Source: Candidatus Methanophagales archaeon ANME-1-THS
GTDB taxonomy: Archaea > Halobacteriota > Syntropharchaeia > Alkanophagales > Methanospirareceae
DNA: 64,000 nt
Reading direction: 5' to 3'
Assembly: GCA_004212135.1 (NCBI GenBank)
Contig: RXIE01000127.1
Coordinates: forward strand, 1,565 to 65,564
Positions 20,734-32,271 of the stretch are shown here, piece after piece (positions within the stretch are counted from its first letter, which is position 1; the number at the start of each line of letters is the position of its first letter). The notes beneath the pieces were generated by a model, which saw only the letters and a program-made list of their open reading frames with translations, searched no databases and was not told the DNA's origin. Made by a program: the position numbers and the translations under genes.

Positions 20734-22332
20734 CTAAAATTTATATTTAGAAGAGACCTGGTACTCAACTACATCGGGATTGAGCCATTTACTTACCTCT
20801 TTACGCTCGGTTGGCGGCTGTCCCTGCTTCATCATCTTCACATAGCGCTTCAACCGGTTCGCCATCCAGTTCGCGGCGCGCGCGAGTAACCAGCTCCCGA
20901 TGCTTTTGCTCTTCTGGTATTCGCGCAGCAGGACGGGCATAACCGTGAGATTATGATCGAGGCATTCGCCCATAAGCTGCCAGTGCTCCGGTGTCATCTT
21001 CGCTATGGTAAAGGTCTCTTCGTTATCCAGCATGGTGCCGCGCATGGAGACGAAGTTCATTGGCACGATGAGTGATGCAGTGCCTTTCAACTCGTCCACC
21101 AGTTCGATACTCTTGAGGACATCATCCACAGTCTCGCCGGGCAGTCCGTTTATCAGTGTTGCCGCGTTGAACCACGTATTATCATCAAGGATGCCGAACG
21201 CTCCTTTGACGATCTCTGGCCACTTCTCCGGGGGTGAAGGGAGCGCTTTGCCACGCATGTGCAGTGCGATCAGCCGCTCGCTTCCCGTTTCAATGCCGGT
21301 CTGTGATCCCAGCCAATCCTGATCGAGCATGGAGTAGCAGGTTTCTGAGAGTGCGGTAACCAGACCGGGATTATGATACACGGTGGCGAGAGCGACATGG
21401 CTCGCTCCGATACTCTTGACCCCTTCAACAGCAGCAACACGCTCGATGAGCTTGAGCACCTCGTGCTCATTCGGCTTTAGCCCTTTCGCACCGTAACGCA
21501 GGAGATCTTCAGAATGAAGCGAGATCGCCCTCTGACCTCCCTCTATATTCGTCTTTACATCCTTCACAATGTGCTCAATCGATTTAAAACGGAGCTTGTG
21601 CATATCCGGTGTGCAGAACGAACAGCGCCTTCCACATCCCCTGCTAATCTCGACCAGTCCATGAATCGTCGCACCCCGGATGGGGGGTATCGCCTCTGCA
21701 TTCGGCTCTTTCCCAATGATGATCCGAGGTACTTGCTCACCCTCACAGATAGATTTGAAGATCTCGGGAAGGCTGACTTCACACTCACCGAGGAAGACAT
21801 GATCAATACCCAGTTTGTCCATGATCCCCTCATCAGCTAACTGCCATGCCCCTTTCCCGCCTGCAACCACCGTTTTATCCTTCACCACCCGCTTCTTCAT
21901 CAATTCAAAGAATTTCACACGGTTGTATGGCGGGCCTCTATTGAGGAGATCCACAAACTCCGAGGTTGGTGGGCTGATACCCAGGTAATCGTGTCCACTT
22001 ACTCCTATTATCTCCGTCCGGCTGCCTGCTACCTGCTCCAGATCCCTCGGATGAACCACCGCGACTTCATCCGCGCCAAACTCCGCTGCCAATATCGCCT
22101 CCACAATTCTGAGTCCATAATCAGCATACAGAGCCCGCCCGTTCTTCCGCGGTACCGGCGGCGAGAAGATGCTGAAGAAGAACCAATCGGGAATGATACC
22201 CTGAGGCATGCAGGTCGAGAATCCCACAAAGATCCCCCAGCGATACTGGCTCATCATCGTCTCATCAGCAGTCAGCACGATTTTGGGATTCCGCTGCATT
22301 TTCAAGCCGCCGGAGTTCAGCATCGCGCTCAC
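20734..22332 (-). CDS. B12-binding-domain radical SAM protein
   Basis: N-terminal Rossmann-like (B12-binding-like) region, then ISRGCGRRCSFC (CX3CX2C). Confidence 0.6.
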   Translation of the reverse strand: MSAMLNSGGLKMQRNPKIVLTADETMMSQYRWGIFVGFSTCMPQGIIPDWFFFSIFSPPVPRKNGRALYADYGLRIVEAILAAEFGADEVAVVHPRDLEQVAGSRTEIIGVSGHDYLGISPPTSEFVDLLNRGPPYNRVKFFELMKKRVVKDKTVVAGGKGAWQLADEGIMDKLGIDHVFLGECEVSLPEIFKSICEGEQVPRIIIGKEPNAEAIPPIRGATIHGLVEISRGCGRRCSFCTPDMHKLRFKSIEHIVKDVKTNIEGGQRAISLHSEDLLRYGAKGLKPNEHEVLKLIERVAAVEGVKSIGASHVALATVYHNPGLVTALSETCYSMLDQDWLGSQTGIETGSERLIALHMRGKALPSPPEKWPEIVKGAFGILDDNTWFNAATLINGLPGETVDDVLKSIELVDELKGTASLIVPMNFVSMRGTMLDNEETFTIAKMTPEHWQLMGECLDHNLTVMPVLLREYQKSKSIGSWLLARAANWMANRLKRYVKMMKQGQPPTERKEVSKWLNPDVVEYQVSSKYKF

Positions 22333-22806
22333 TCAACCTCCCTTCCGAGCTTCGTCATCCGCATCTTCCACTCTTCTGAGGTAATTGATCGCGCGCTCCA
22401 CGTTCTCACTGAGATGCTCAAGCTCTTTTATGCCCTCGAGATCATCCCTGAGCAGGTCGAGATATCCCAATACTCGCTCCCGTTCAGCCTTTATCAGCTC
22501 CACAAAGTTCACATTCGCGAGGTACCGGTTCTTTCTGATCCGCCGGAACCGCGCCACGAGACCCAATTTGATGAGCGTATTGAGGTAATTGATCGTCGAA
22601 GAATAGGCGTAACTTGTTCGCTCACTTATCTCTTTCGCAGAGAGCGGCTCACAGGATGCGAGCAGCACGGCGTAGATGGAACTACAGCCTTCTCCTAGCC
22701 CCCAACTCATCATCACGGCCTTCACGCCCCCGATAATCCGGTCCATCGGGTTTTCAAGTTTCGCGCGCCGAGTTCTTGATATTCTCATAATTATTATAAT
22801 AAGCAT
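22333..22806 (-). CDS. HTH transcriptional regulator (MarR/GbsR-like), immediately upstream of the radical SAM gene
   Basis: SAKEISERTSYAYSSTINYLNTLIKLGLV winged-helix signature. Confidence 0.45.
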   Translation of the reverse strand: MLIIIIMRISRTRRAKLENPMDRIIGGVKAVMMSWGLGEGCSSIYAVLLASCEPLSAKEISERTSYAYSSTINYLNTLIKLGLVARFRRIRKNRYLANVNFVELIKAERERVLGYLDLLRDDLEGIKELEHLSENVERAINYLRRVEDADDEARKGG

Positions 22807-22894
22807 AACCTCTACTAATTCTTTTGGGCAGTCGTTTGAATCCGGCTCGTTAATCGGGTCGCGAATCTTGAGACGGTCTGGTACGCCCCTCTTC

Positions 22895-23971
22895 TTACCT
22901 GCGTTCGGCCTGCAGCAGATAATCGAGTACTACCAGAGCAACCATCGCCTCCGCCACCGGGACTATCCGTGGACAGATACAGGGATCGTGCCTGCCGGTT
23001 ACCCGTATCTCCACCTCGGTCATCTGCTCCATATTCACACTTCTCTGGGGCTTCGAGATGGATGAAGGTGGCTTGACCGCAATCCGGCATACCACCGGCT
23101 CTCCCGTCGAGATACCACCCAAGATCCCACCTGCATTGTTCGTTCTCGTTCTGATCCTCCCCGCTTCGATATACAGTGCATCGTTCATCTCGCTTCCTTT
23201 CATCCGCGCAGCGTCAAAACCCGCGCCTATCTCGACACCCTTCACCGCACCGATACTCATCAACGCCTTTGCGAGTTCGGCATCCAATTTGTCGAAGACC
23301 GGCTCGCCCAAACCCGCGGGAACGCCGAGCGCATGCACTTCCACAATGCCACCGACGCTCTCGCCCTCTTCCCTGGCCGCGCGTATCAACGCCTCCATTC
23401 TCTTCGCTGCTTCTAGATCCGCACACCTGACTGCATTGCTCTCCGCATGCCGCATTATCTCCTCCACACTCACTCTTCTCGCACGAATTCCCCCGATCGC
23501 CACGACATGCCCGAGAATATGGATACCACGGCTCGCCAGAATCTTCTTCGCGATTGCACCGGCTGCAACGCGCGCAACAGTCTCCCGTCCCGAAGCGCGT
23601 CCACCGCCCCGGTAATCCCGTATCCCGTACTTCAGGTGATACGTGAGATCCGCTTGACCCGGCCGCGCAATATCTTTCAGTGGCTCATAAGGGCTTGAAT
23701 CCACGTCGGTATTCCAGACGAGCATGGAAATCGGCGTGCCGAGCGTTTTACCGGCGAAGAGGCCGGACAATATCTTCACCTCGTCTGCTTCCTTCCGTTC
23801 GCTGCTGATCCCACTTATGCCGGGTTTTCTCCGATCCAGTTCGCGCTGTATATCCTCTTCTGAGAGCTCGAGCCCGGGCGGACAACCATCGACAACCACG
23901 CCCATCGCCTCGCCGTGTGACTCTCCCCAAGTTGTTACCGTAAATAGCTTTCCGAATGAATTGCCCGACAT
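22895..23971 (-). CDS. aroC: Chorismate synthase
   Basis: [20 protein letters not shown]… canonical AroC N-terminus. The listed ORF carries a 17-aa upstream extension. Confidence 0.9.
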   Translation of the reverse strand: MSGNSFGKLFTVTTWGESHGEAMGVVVDGCPPGLELSEEDIQRELDRRKPGISGISSERKEADEVKILSGLFAGKTLGTPISMLVWNTDVDSSPYEPLKDIARPGQADLTYHLKYGIRDYRGGGRASGRETVARVAAGAIAKKILASRGIHILGHVVAIGGIRARRVSVEEIMRHAESNAVRCADLEAAKRMEALIRAAREEGESVGGIVEVHALGVPAGLGEPVFDKLDAELAKALMSIGAVKGVEIGAGFDAARMKGSEMNDALYIEAGRIRTRTNNAGGILGGISTGEPVVCRIAVKPPSSISKPQRSVNMEQMTEVEIRVTGRHDPCICPRIVPVAEAMVALVVLDYLLQAERR

Positions 23972-24158
23972 GGTAGCAAAGGATGTATACGCTCTTAGTA
24001 TTAATACCCTTTTCTCAGCCAAGAAAGTTTCTGTGCGTACCTGTGCGTACGGGAGAGTAAATGTAGGTTAACAACATGCTCATAGCGCTGGTAATCCGGA
24101 TACCTGTTCCCTGCCGCCTCGCCGATCGGTGTGATATCCGATTCGAGCGTTAACCGGC

Positions 24159-25298
24159 TCACGACCTCAAATCTTCCCGTGCAATCACCATTCTCTGGAT
24201 CTCAGAGGTGCCAACGACAATACTCAGCAGCTTTGCATCGCGGTAATACCGCTCCGCCGGGCAGCGCTTCGTGCATCCGTATCCCCCGTGTATCTGCACG
24301 GCATGTATCGCCGCACGTTGCGCAACCTCCGAGGCATAAAGCTTTGCCATAGCCGCTTCTTTCGTGCATTTCTCGCCAGTATCCGCGAGGTACGCAGCTT
24401 TGTAGGTGAGTAACCGCGCGGCTTCGAGCTCCAGAGCCATGTCCGCGAGCATGAACTGGATCGCCTGGAACCTGGCAATTGGCTGTGCAAACTGCTTCCT
24501 CTCCTTTGCATAGCTCCTGGAGGCGTCAAGGCATGCCTGCGTAATACCCACGCCAACACTGCCCATCGCTATCCGATCCCGGTCCAGCGTTGCCAGTGCT
24601 AAGCGGAGCCCCGCACCTTCAGTGCCCAATCGGTTCTCCTCCGGAACTCTGCAATCGGTGAACTGCAAACTCCCGACGATACACCCTCGCAGGCCCAGCA
24701 GATCTTCTCTCTTCTCGAACGAGAACCCCTTCATGCCCTTCTCCAGGATAAAAGCACTTATCCCCTCTTTACGTCCGCTCTGCGCGGTATAAGCAAAAAC
24801 CACGTAGATGTCCGCGACCGCTGTGTTGGTGATATACGCCTTTCTTCCATTCAGCAGATACTCGTCCCCTTCATGAAGAGCAGTGGATTCGAGCGATGCG
24901 GGATCAGAACCTGCTTCGTGCTCGGTTAACGCAAAAGCGCCCAATTTGGTCCCCTCACAGAGCGGTCTGAGATAACGCTCCTTCTGCGCTTCGGTACCTG
25001 CCGAGTAGATGGCAAACATCGAGATGAGATCGGCTACGCATATACATCCTATGCTCGCACTTGCCCTTGAAAGCTCCTCGAGCATGAGAATGTAGCTCAG
25101 AAACGTGCTATTTGAGCCGCTGTAGGTTAGTGGGAAGGGTAACCCGAGGAATTTGAGCTCCGCCATGCGCTTCGTTATATCAAGAGGGAACTTCCCACTT
25201 CGGTCCAGCTCAGCGGCTCGAGGCTGTAGCTCCTTCTCGGCAAATGCGCGCGCGCGCCTCTGAACTGCGTGCTCCTCTTCAGTTAATCCAAATTCCAT
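24159..25298 (-). CDS. Acyl-CoA dehydrogenase
   Basis: 379 aa, ACAD family (…YASEVAQRAAIHAVQIHGGYG…). Confidence 0.85.
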   Translation of the reverse strand: MEFGLTEEEHAVQRRARAFAEKELQPRAAELDRSGKFPLDITKRMAELKFLGLPFPLTYSGSNSTFLSYILMLEELSRASASIGCICVADLISMFAIYSAGTEAQKERYLRPLCEGTKLGAFALTEHEAGSDPASLESTALHEGDEYLLNGRKAYITNTAVADIYVVFAYTAQSGRKEGISAFILEKGMKGFSFEKREDLLGLRGCIVGSLQFTDCRVPEENRLGTEGAGLRLALATLDRDRIAMGSVGVGITQACLDASRSYAKERKQFAQPIARFQAIQFMLADMALELEAARLLTYKAAYLADTGEKCTKEAAMAKLYASEVAQRAAIHAVQIHGGYGCTKRCPAERYYRDAKLLSIVVGTSEIQRMVIAREDLRS

Positions 25299-25460
25299 GC
25301 ACCCGGTAAGGGCTTATAGAGCGCGGTACCTAAAAAATCTTTGAGTACAAGTTTTATGTGCATGAAAGAGGGATAAAAGGTTAGAGCGTAACCGCGGTGC
25401 GCTCAGCTCAGTATACGTGAGGGGGTACGCAAAACGAAGAAGCCAGCTCTGAACATCGGA

Positions 25461-26657
25461 ATGGTCGGACATGTGGATCATGGAAAGACAACGTTAGTCA
25501 ACGCGTTATCCGGTGAATGGACGGACCGACATAGTGAAGAGATCAAGCGAGGAATATCAATACGGCTCGGCTATGCGGATGCGACCTTCAGACGATGTCC
25601 GGTTTGCGAAGAGCCGGATTGTTACACGGTGGAAGAGATTTGTAAGCATTGCGGCTCGAAGACTGACGAGCTGCGGGCTGTTTCTTTTGTGGATTCACCC
25701 GGTCATGAAGCGTTAATGGCAACGATGCTCAGTGGTGCGGCGATTATGGATGGCGCGGTTCTGCTCATCGCGGCTTCCGAGCCCTGCCCACAGCCTCAGA
25801 CGAAGGAGCATTTGATGGCACTGAGCATCGTGGGCATTGATAAAATCGTCATTGCGCAGAATAAAATCGACCTCGTTTCGAGGGAGGGGGCGATCGCGCA
25901 CTATCGTCAAATAAAAGCGTTTGTTAAAGGGACCATTGCGGAAAACGCACCGATTGTGCCGCTATCCGCACAGCAGTCTGCGAATGTTGATGTATTGATC
26001 CAGGCTTTAGAGAAGACCATACCCACGCCTGAACGAGCACTTGATGAAGCTGCACGGATGTATATTGCACGCTCCTTCGATGTGAATAAGCCTGGCACGC
26101 CTATACCGGAACTCAAAGGCGGGGTCATCGGTGGTTCGCTCCTCAAGGGACGGCTGAAGGAAGGCGATAAGTTAGAAATACTCCCCGGGAGGAGTGTGAC
26201 GACGGGTGGCAAGGAGAGATGGATACCAATCGAAACGGAGATCACCTCAATCATTGTTGGCGGTGAACGGGTCAAAGAAGTGGCTCCCGGCGGACTTGTT
26301 GGCATTGGCACGAAGTTGGACCCGAGTATGACGAAAGAGGACTCGTTAGTGGGGCAGTGTGCAGGAATTCCGGGCACCTTACCACCAACGTGGAATGAAC
26401 TGGCGATCGAATTTCAATTGTTCGAACGCGCGGTCGGCGTAGAAAAGGAAGTGGACGTGCCACCAATAAAAGTGGGTGAGCATATCATGGTGAGTGCGGG
26501 GACTGCAATTACGATCGGTGAGGTGAAGAAGGTGACGAAGAAGAGCCTTGAGGTGAAGCTGAGCAGACCGATATGCGCGGAACAAGGGTCTCGCGTGGCC
26601 ATCGGACGTAAGATGAGGGAACGATGGCACTTGATCGGTGCGGGTGTCATAAAGTAA
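25461..26657 (+). CDS. eif2g: Translation initiation factor 2 gamma subunit (aIF2-gamma)
   Basis: [11 protein letters not shown]… GTPase with a zinc knuckle CPVCEE…CKHC. Conserved upstream residues KKPALNIGM are in frame but lack a canonical start codon. Confidence 0.9.
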   Translation: MVGHVDHGKTTLVNALSGEWTDRHSEEIKRGISIRLGYADATFRRCPVCEEPDCYTVEEICKHCGSKTDELRAVSFVDSPGHEALMATMLSGAAIMDGAVLLIAASEPCPQPQTKEHLMALSIVGIDKIVIAQNKIDLVSREGAIAHYRQIKAFVKGTIAENAPIVPLSAQQSANVDVLIQALEKTIPTPERALDEAARMYIARSFDVNKPGTPIPELKGGVIGGSLLKGRLKEGDKLEILPGRSVTTGGKERWIPIETEITSIIVGGERVKEVAPGGLVGIGTKLDPSMTKEDSLVGQCAGIPGTLPPTWNELAIEFQLFERAVGVEKEVDVPPIKVGEHIMVSAGTAITIGEVKKVTKKSLEVKLSRPICAEQGSRVAIGRKMRERWHLIGAGVIK

Positions 26658-26664
26658 GACCGGT

Positions 26665-29259
26665 TTAGGACGCTGCAGCGGCGCGTGAGAAGACGATTTT
26701 GCCATCTGAGACCTCAGCCCGGATCGTATCGCCTTCACTGAACTCGCCATCTAGGATCTTCATGGATAAGGGGTCCTCGATCATCCGCTGAATGGTTCGC
26801 TTGACCGGTCTCGCTCCAAATATCGGATCGAAGCCTTTGCTCGCGATCAATTCTTTGACCGCATCGCTCGCCGAGATCGTAATTCTCTTCTCCGCGAGCC
26901 TCTCCTGGAGGTACCGCAGTTGGATCTCAACCACCTTCTTTATCTCAGCCTTGCCCAGCGGGTTGAATATAACCGTCTCATCAATCCGATTCAAGAACTC
27001 GGGCCGGAAGTTCATTTTCAGCACCTCCATCACCTTCTCTTCCAGCTCCTTGCCTCTCAATTCCTGTATGAACGGGGTTGCAATGTTCGAGGTCATAATA
27101 ATAACCGTGTTTTTGAAGTTCACGGTTCTCCCATGACCATCCGTGAGACGACCATCGTCCAGGATCTGAAGCAGCAGATTGAAGACATCCACATGTGCCT
27201 TCTCGATCTCGTCAAAGAGGATGACGGTGTACGGCCGTCTCCGCACCGCTTCGGTCAGGAATCCGCCCTCTTCATACCCCACGTAGCCGGGCGGTGCACC
27301 GATAAGCCGCGCAATCGAGTGCCGCTCCATGAACTCCGACATGTCCATACGCACCATTGCCCGTTCATCATCGAAGAGAAATTCCGCAAGTGCCTTTGCG
27401 AGTTCCGTCTTCCCGACGCCCGTTGGACCGAGGAAAATGAACGACCCGATGGGTCTGTTCGGATCGCTGAGCCCTGCTCGACCCCGTCTGATCGCATTGG
27501 ACACCAGGGCAATCGCTTTATCCTGACCAACCACGCGCTCTTTCAATCGCTCTTCCATATGCAGCAACTTCTCGGTCTCGGCCTCAAGCATCTTCGAGAC
27601 GGGTATCCCGGACCATTTCGCAATCACCTCGGCAACGTCCTCCTCGTCAACTTCCTCTTTGAGCAGCATCTGATCCTTCTGCAGTCCCTTGAGCTTTTCA
27701 TTTTGCGCATCCAATTCCTTCTGTAGTTCGATCAGCGTACCGTAGCGAATTTGTGCCACGCGTTCCAAATTGCCACTCCGTTCAGCCTGCTGCTCTTCTA
27801 ACTTCGCCTGGTCGATCTTCGCTTTGATCTCCCGTATTCGCTGGATCAACTCCTTCTCATTCTGCCATCTCGCTTTGAGCTGGTCAGCCTTTTCCTTTAA
27901 TTCAGAGAGTTCCTTTCTGAGCTTCTCAAGCCGTTCCTTTGATTCTTTATCTTTCTCGCGCTTCAAAGCCTGTTCTTCGATCTCCAATTGCCTGATTTTC
28001 CGTTCCACCTCGTCTATTTCCGCGGGCATACTATCAATCTCGGTTCTCAACTTCGAAGCGGCTTCGTCAATCGCATCAATCGCTTTGTCCGGCAGGAATC
28101 GATCGGTGATATATCTGCTGGAAAGCGTGGCCGCGGCAATCAATGCGGCATCCTGTATCCTCACCCCATGATGCAGTTCATATCGCTCCTTCAATCCGCG
28201 GAGAATCGAAATGGTATCCTCAACTGATGGTTCTCGGACCGTAATCGGCTGGAACCGGCGTTCCAGTGCGGCATCCTTCTCGATATACTTGCGATATTCA
28301 TCGGTCGTCGTTGCACCGACGCATCTGAGTTCGCCGCGTGCAAGTGCGGGCTTGAGCATATTCGAGGCATCTATCGCACCCTCGGCCGCGCCTGCTCCCA
28401 CAACTGTGTGTAATTCATCAATAAAGAGGATAATCTGACCTTCAGCGGCATCAATCTCCCGTAATACCGCCTTCAGTCGGTCCTCAAACTCACCTCTGAA
28501 CTTCGTTCCGGCAATTAAGGCTCCCATATCGAGCGCAACCACGCGCTTATCTTTTAAGGTCTCAGGAACGTCGCCGTTAACAATTCGCTGGGCCAAGCCT
28601 TCCACAATCGCAGTCTTCCCCACGCCCGCCTCTCCGATCAGCACGGGATTATTCTTCGTTCTCCTCGAAAGGACTTGAATCACCCTGCGGATCTCGTCAT
28701 TTCGGCCTATCACCGGGTCGAGCTTCCCTTTACGCGCGAGATCGGTCAGATCGCGTGTGTACCGTTGCAGTGCCTGATACTTCGCCTCGGGCGTTTGATC
28801 CACTATGCGCTGCTGACCGCGAATTCCCGTCAAGGCTTCATAGATCCTCTCCTTCGTCACACCCATTCCTTTAAGGATCCGCGGTGATCCCGGCTCGTCC
28901 TCCTCAGCGATCGCGAGGAGCATATGCTCCGTGCTCATATACTCATCCTTCATCGCCTGGGCGGCTTTCCATGCCTGCTCCAGCGTCTTGTTCAAGCGCG
29001 GCGTGAGGTAAATCTGGTCAATGCCACCGCCTCCATAGACCTGGGGCAAGGAACGTAAATGCGCATTGAGGCGAGATTTGAGCTGCTCGGTATCTACACC
29101 GATTCTCTGCAGTATCGGGCCGATGATACCGTCCGATTGTTCAACCAGAGCTAAAAGGAGGTGTTCCACATCTATCTGCTGATGGGTATATCTGTCGGCG
29201 ATGTTCTTTGCTTCCTGCAGCGCCTCCTGCGCCTTCAAAGTCAGTTTATCAAGCCTCAT
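26665..29259 (-). CDS. clpB: ATP-dependent chaperone ClpB (two AAA+ modules with a middle coiled coil)
   Basis: [13 protein letters not shown]…, two Walker A motifs ([16 protein letters not shown]) and a long coiled-coil M-domain. Confidence 0.9.
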   Translation of the reverse strand: MRLDKLTLKAQEALQEAKNIADRYTHQQIDVEHLLLALVEQSDGIIGPILQRIGVDTEQLKSRLNAHLRSLPQVYGGGGIDQIYLTPRLNKTLEQAWKAAQAMKDEYMSTEHMLLAIAEEDEPGSPRILKGMGVTKERIYEALTGIRGQQRIVDQTPEAKYQALQRYTRDLTDLARKGKLDPVIGRNDEIRRVIQVLSRRTKNNPVLIGEAGVGKTAIVEGLAQRIVNGDVPETLKDKRVVALDMGALIAGTKFRGEFEDRLKAVLREIDAAEGQIILFIDELHTVVGAGAAEGAIDASNMLKPALARGELRCVGATTTDEYRKYIEKDAALERRFQPITVREPSVEDTISILRGLKERYELHHGVRIQDAALIAAATLSSRYITDRFLPDKAIDAIDEAASKLRTEIDSMPAEIDEVERKIRQLEIEEQALKREKDKESKERLEKLRKELSELKEKADQLKARWQNEKELIQRIREIKAKIDQAKLEEQQAERSGNLERVAQIRYGTLIELQKELDAQNEKLKGLQKDQMLLKEEVDEEDVAEVIAKWSGIPVSKMLEAETEKLLHMEERLKERVVGQDKAIALVSNAIRRGRAGLSDPNRPIGSFIFLGPTGVGKTELAKALAEFLFDDERAMVRMDMSEFMERHSIARLIGAPPGYVGYEEGGFLTEAVRRRPYTVILFDEIEKAHVDVFNLLLQILDDGRLTDGHGRTVNFKNTVIIMTSNIATPFIQELRGKELEEKVMEVLKMNFRPEFLNRIDETVIFNPLGKAEIKKVVEIQLRYLQERLAEKRITISASDAVKELIASKGFDPIFGARPVKRTIQRMIEDPLSMKILDGEFSEGDTIRAEVSDGKIVFSRAAAAS

Positions 29260-29489
29260 AGGGGTATCACGCTCTCCATCCACCCTTTATGAAACATATA
29301 CAAAAATGGTAATAAATAGTTACGAATTCTTTGCGTCAATAATCATGACGAGAGCCGAAAAAGAGCAGCTCAGCACATGCACCAAAGATGATGAACAGAG
29401 CGTTCTAAACCTGCCTCCTCCTCGTCGTCAGAGGTGCTCAATCGGTCATGATGCGACTGAGAGATTTTTTGGCCCGCCTATTCCGCCAT

Positions 29490-29717
29490 TCATTTCAGAT
29501 GCACTTCGGTATTCGGCTTTCTCATCGTCATTGATGCCAGTTCGGACCCCAGTACGAAAATGGCCTGCTTGTGCTCTTCCTTACTCCGGTGCACCTGAAA
29601 TGGGGAGATCTTCAACGCTCGATACCGCTCGAAATCGCAGTTCAACCCAGTGTCTTCACAATATTTCTTCAACTGAGCCAATAACATATGTATGTGTATC
29701 AGCTCTTCTTTCTTCAT
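29490..29717 (-). CDS. Small conserved archaeal protein (UPF0058-like)
   Basis: 75 aa, MKKEELIHIHMLLAQLKKY…. Confidence 0.4.
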   Translation of the reverse strand: MKKEELIHIHMLLAQLKKYCEDTGLNCDFERYRALKISPFQVHRSKEEHKQAIFVLGSELASMTMRKPNTEVHLK

Positions 29718-29940
29718 ATTGACCTCTTTTGACCTGTGACTCTCGAATCAGGTCATGTGCAAATAGAGAAGTGCAGTAAGTATTATAAATAAGGTTAAGG
29801 GCTTCACGTACTGACTTATGATACGAACCTGAGGGACTGAGCGGAATTATTACCGGTCTATCATATTATCTGGCACCTGCCTCTTTGCATGGATGCGCCA
29901 ATAATCACGTTGAAGAAGGTTACGCGGTTGGTGAATTACA

Positions 29941-30525
29941 CTATTTCAAGACATCGACCAGAGCAACTCGCTCTAACACCAGCATCTTCAACTTCTGCTC
30001 GCCCACTGCACTGAGTTCGTCACGGGAAATGGAGAAAAAGTCTTTTATTCGCTCTCTTTTGTGCGCATCCTTCTCCAGATCCGATTCCCAGTCCTGCAGT
30101 GAGATCTCTGCTATTCCTATCTTTCTCCTCACCTCTTCAGCCACAACCTCTAAATCCTTTGCGCCCGTTTCATCCACTATGACGACCGCAACTTTGTGCT
30201 CGCCTGCTCTCACGCCCATCTCCAATGCCCGCTCTATCTGCCTTCTTCCTGACGCATATAACAGAATCTCCATGCCCAGATCGCTCGTTATAGTTTTTTT
30301 CCGCTTCAGAGCCCGTAGCGCCTTTTGCACTGCGGCCTGTAGGTGCTCCTCACCGGCTAGTAAGTTCGCATCCAGAGCCTGGATCGTCACCCGGTAGGTA
30401 TGCGCAATAGCCTTCAATGCCGAAAGGAAATCGTCTACGGTTGAGATCCAGAGGTTGCCAGCAAGTATAGTGCAGTTGAATTCGTGCTCTTCTTGGCTCT
30501 CCCATTGACTCATGTCATTCACCAT
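29941..30525 (-). CDS. cgi121: KEOPS complex subunit Cgi121
   Basis: …LEMEILLYASGRRQIERALE… pattern typical of Cgi121. Confidence 0.6.
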   Translation of the reverse strand: MVNDMSQWESQEEHEFNCTILAGNLWISTVDDFLSALKAIAHTYRVTIQALDANLLAGEEHLQAAVQKALRALKRKKTITSDLGMEILLYASGRRQIERALEMGVRAGEHKVAVVIVDETGAKDLEVVAEEVRRKIGIAEISLQDWESDLEKDAHKRERIKDFFSISRDELSAVGEQKLKMLVLERVALVDVLK

Positions 30526-30680
30526 TTTCCTATCCTATCGTACTGAATCCATTTCACCTTTATTAACCCGCTTTCATTCGATTAACCCGCGTTTGTAAAA
30601 AGATAAAGAATCCGTTCATTTACCTTTTTCCCTTCTGTTTCTCCTGCATTCTTCGATTCGATGTGGCACGGACCTCATGC

Positions 30681-30717
30681 GAATAAAAAAAGGGAGAGCG
30701 GTTTTTACTCCCTCCTT
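30681..30717 (-). terminator. Intrinsic-style terminator: hairpin (AGGGAG…CTCCCT) followed by a T-tract on the minus strand
   Basis: On the minus strand: GGAGGGAGTAAAAACCGCTCTCCCTTTTTTTATTCG, downstream of asd. Confidence 0.45.
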
Positions 30718-30893
30718 ATCCTCCACCGTACCAGCAGTGTCAGCGCGAGTAAGCCGATTCCAACCAGTACAAGTGTAGATATCTCTGGAATTTATGGTTC
30801 GTACCTCAGGTCTCTGGAGCTCACGTGACTTGGTTAGACAACCTTCTTAGAATGTGTAGACCAGAGAAAAGAAGCTGGAGACGAGTGCTTTAC

Positions 30894-31949
30894 TTATACA
30901 TAGCCACGCTGCAGCAGCACTTCGGCATTCAGTATGGATGCACCCGCAGCGCCTCGTATGGTGTTGTGGCCCAGCGCGATATACTTGATTGCGTTCTTCA
31001 TTCTCCCGTCTCGTACTCGTCCTACTGATACGCTCATCCCCTTGCCCGCATCCCGATCAAGCTTCGGCTGCGGTCTGTCACGTTCCTCACGCAGTATGAT
31101 CGGCTTCTCAGGAGCGAATGGTGTTTTAAAATCGCTCCGGAAGTCCCTAAACGCCTGTTTTACCTCGTCCACACCTACTGGTTCCTCAAAGGTCACCCAG
31201 ACCGCTTCGGTATGGCCATCCATTACCATGACACGATGGCACGAGGCACAGACGGTGAACGGTGCATTTGTAATCGCCGAACCTTCAAGTGTTCCGAGAA
31301 GCTTGAGCGTCTCGCTCTCCATCTTATCCTCTTCGCGCTCGATGAACGGTATCACGTTATCCAGGATCGCCATGGACGGCACACCCGCGTAGCCCGCACC
31401 TGATACCGCCTGCATCGTTGATACCTGCACCCCTTGTATGCCGAATCGCATCAAGGGCTTCAAACTCAAGGTCAGCATGATCGCCGAACAGTTAGGATTG
31501 GTGATGATGAACCCGTCCCAGCCCCGGATCGATTGTTGCACCTCGATGAGCGCTAAATGGTCCGCATTGACCTCCGGGATGACCAGAGGTATATCCTTTT
31601 CCATCCGATGTACCGAGACATTGCTGCAGACCACGTAGCCCGCCTCTGCACATCGCTTCTCCACGTTGCTCGCTACCTGTCCCGGCAATGCCGAGAACAT
31701 AATGCGTATATCATCATCGGAATCTGAAGCGCCGATATCCTCCATAGAGCGTATTACCATCTCTGCCGCTTCTTCGGGCATTTCAGAGGGGAGGAACCAT
31801 TTCGCTACCTCCCGGTATCTCTTTCCCACACTTCGTTCAGAAGCAAAGAGCGCGCCAAATTCAAACCATGGATGGTCTTCCAGGAGCTGTACGAACCGCT
31901 GACCTACGCTTCCCGTTGCACCCAATACCCCAACTTTTATTCTCGCCAT
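30894..31949 (-). CDS. asd: Aspartate-semialdehyde dehydrogenase
   Basis: MARIKVGVLGATGSVGQRFVQLL… and a catalytic Cys region. Confidence 0.85.
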   Translation of the reverse strand: MARIKVGVLGATGSVGQRFVQLLEDHPWFEFGALFASERSVGKRYREVAKWFLPSEMPEEAAEMVIRSMEDIGASDSDDDIRIMFSALPGQVASNVEKRCAEAGYVVCSNVSVHRMEKDIPLVIPEVNADHLALIEVQQSIRGWDGFIITNPNCSAIMLTLSLKPLMRFGIQGVQVSTMQAVSGAGYAGVPSMAILDNVIPFIEREEDKMESETLKLLGTLEGSAITNAPFTVCASCHRVMVMDGHTEAVWVTFEEPVGVDEVKQAFRDFRSDFKTPFAPEKPIILREERDRPQPKLDRDAGKGMSVSVGRVRDGRMKNAIKYIALGHNTIRGAAGASILNAEVLLQRGYV

Positions 31950-32118
31950 ACCGCACGTATCCCTTCTTCGGGAAATGCTATAAATCTCCCTGCACCTCTT
32001 CTCTTTACCACAACTTCTTTAAAAAACTATAGCAAACGTGTGCGCACCATAAGAAACCTGGACTGAATAAAAGGTTTATTAGGGGGAGGTCGAGTAATAC
32101 ATAGGATGGGAAACAGTA

Positions 32119-32271
32119 ATGGCGAGATTTCCAGAAGCTGAGGCGAGACTCCTCCGGATGAAGATCTGCATGAATTGTAATGCACGAAATGCAGTGAGAG
32201 CGACGAGATGCAGGAAATGCAACTCGAAAGACCTGAGGATGAAATCCACGCATAGAGGTAAAAAGGCGTAA
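32119..32271 (+). CDS. rpl40e: 50S ribosomal protein L40e (50 aa; absent from the ORF track because it is under 60 aa)
   Basis: [50 protein letters not shown]. Confidence 0.8.
   Translation: MARFPEAEARLLRMKICMNCNARNAVRATRCRKCNSKDLRMKSTHRGKKA

Noticed and set aside
22815-23698. Arg/Pro/Ala-rich ORFs overlapping aroC on both strands
   Set aside because: They are alternative frames of a GC-richer coding region. AroC in the minus frame is unambiguous.
26792-28887. Plus-strand ORFs antisense to clpB
   Set aside because: Shadow frames of the long clpB gene with repetitive S/F/L-rich translations.
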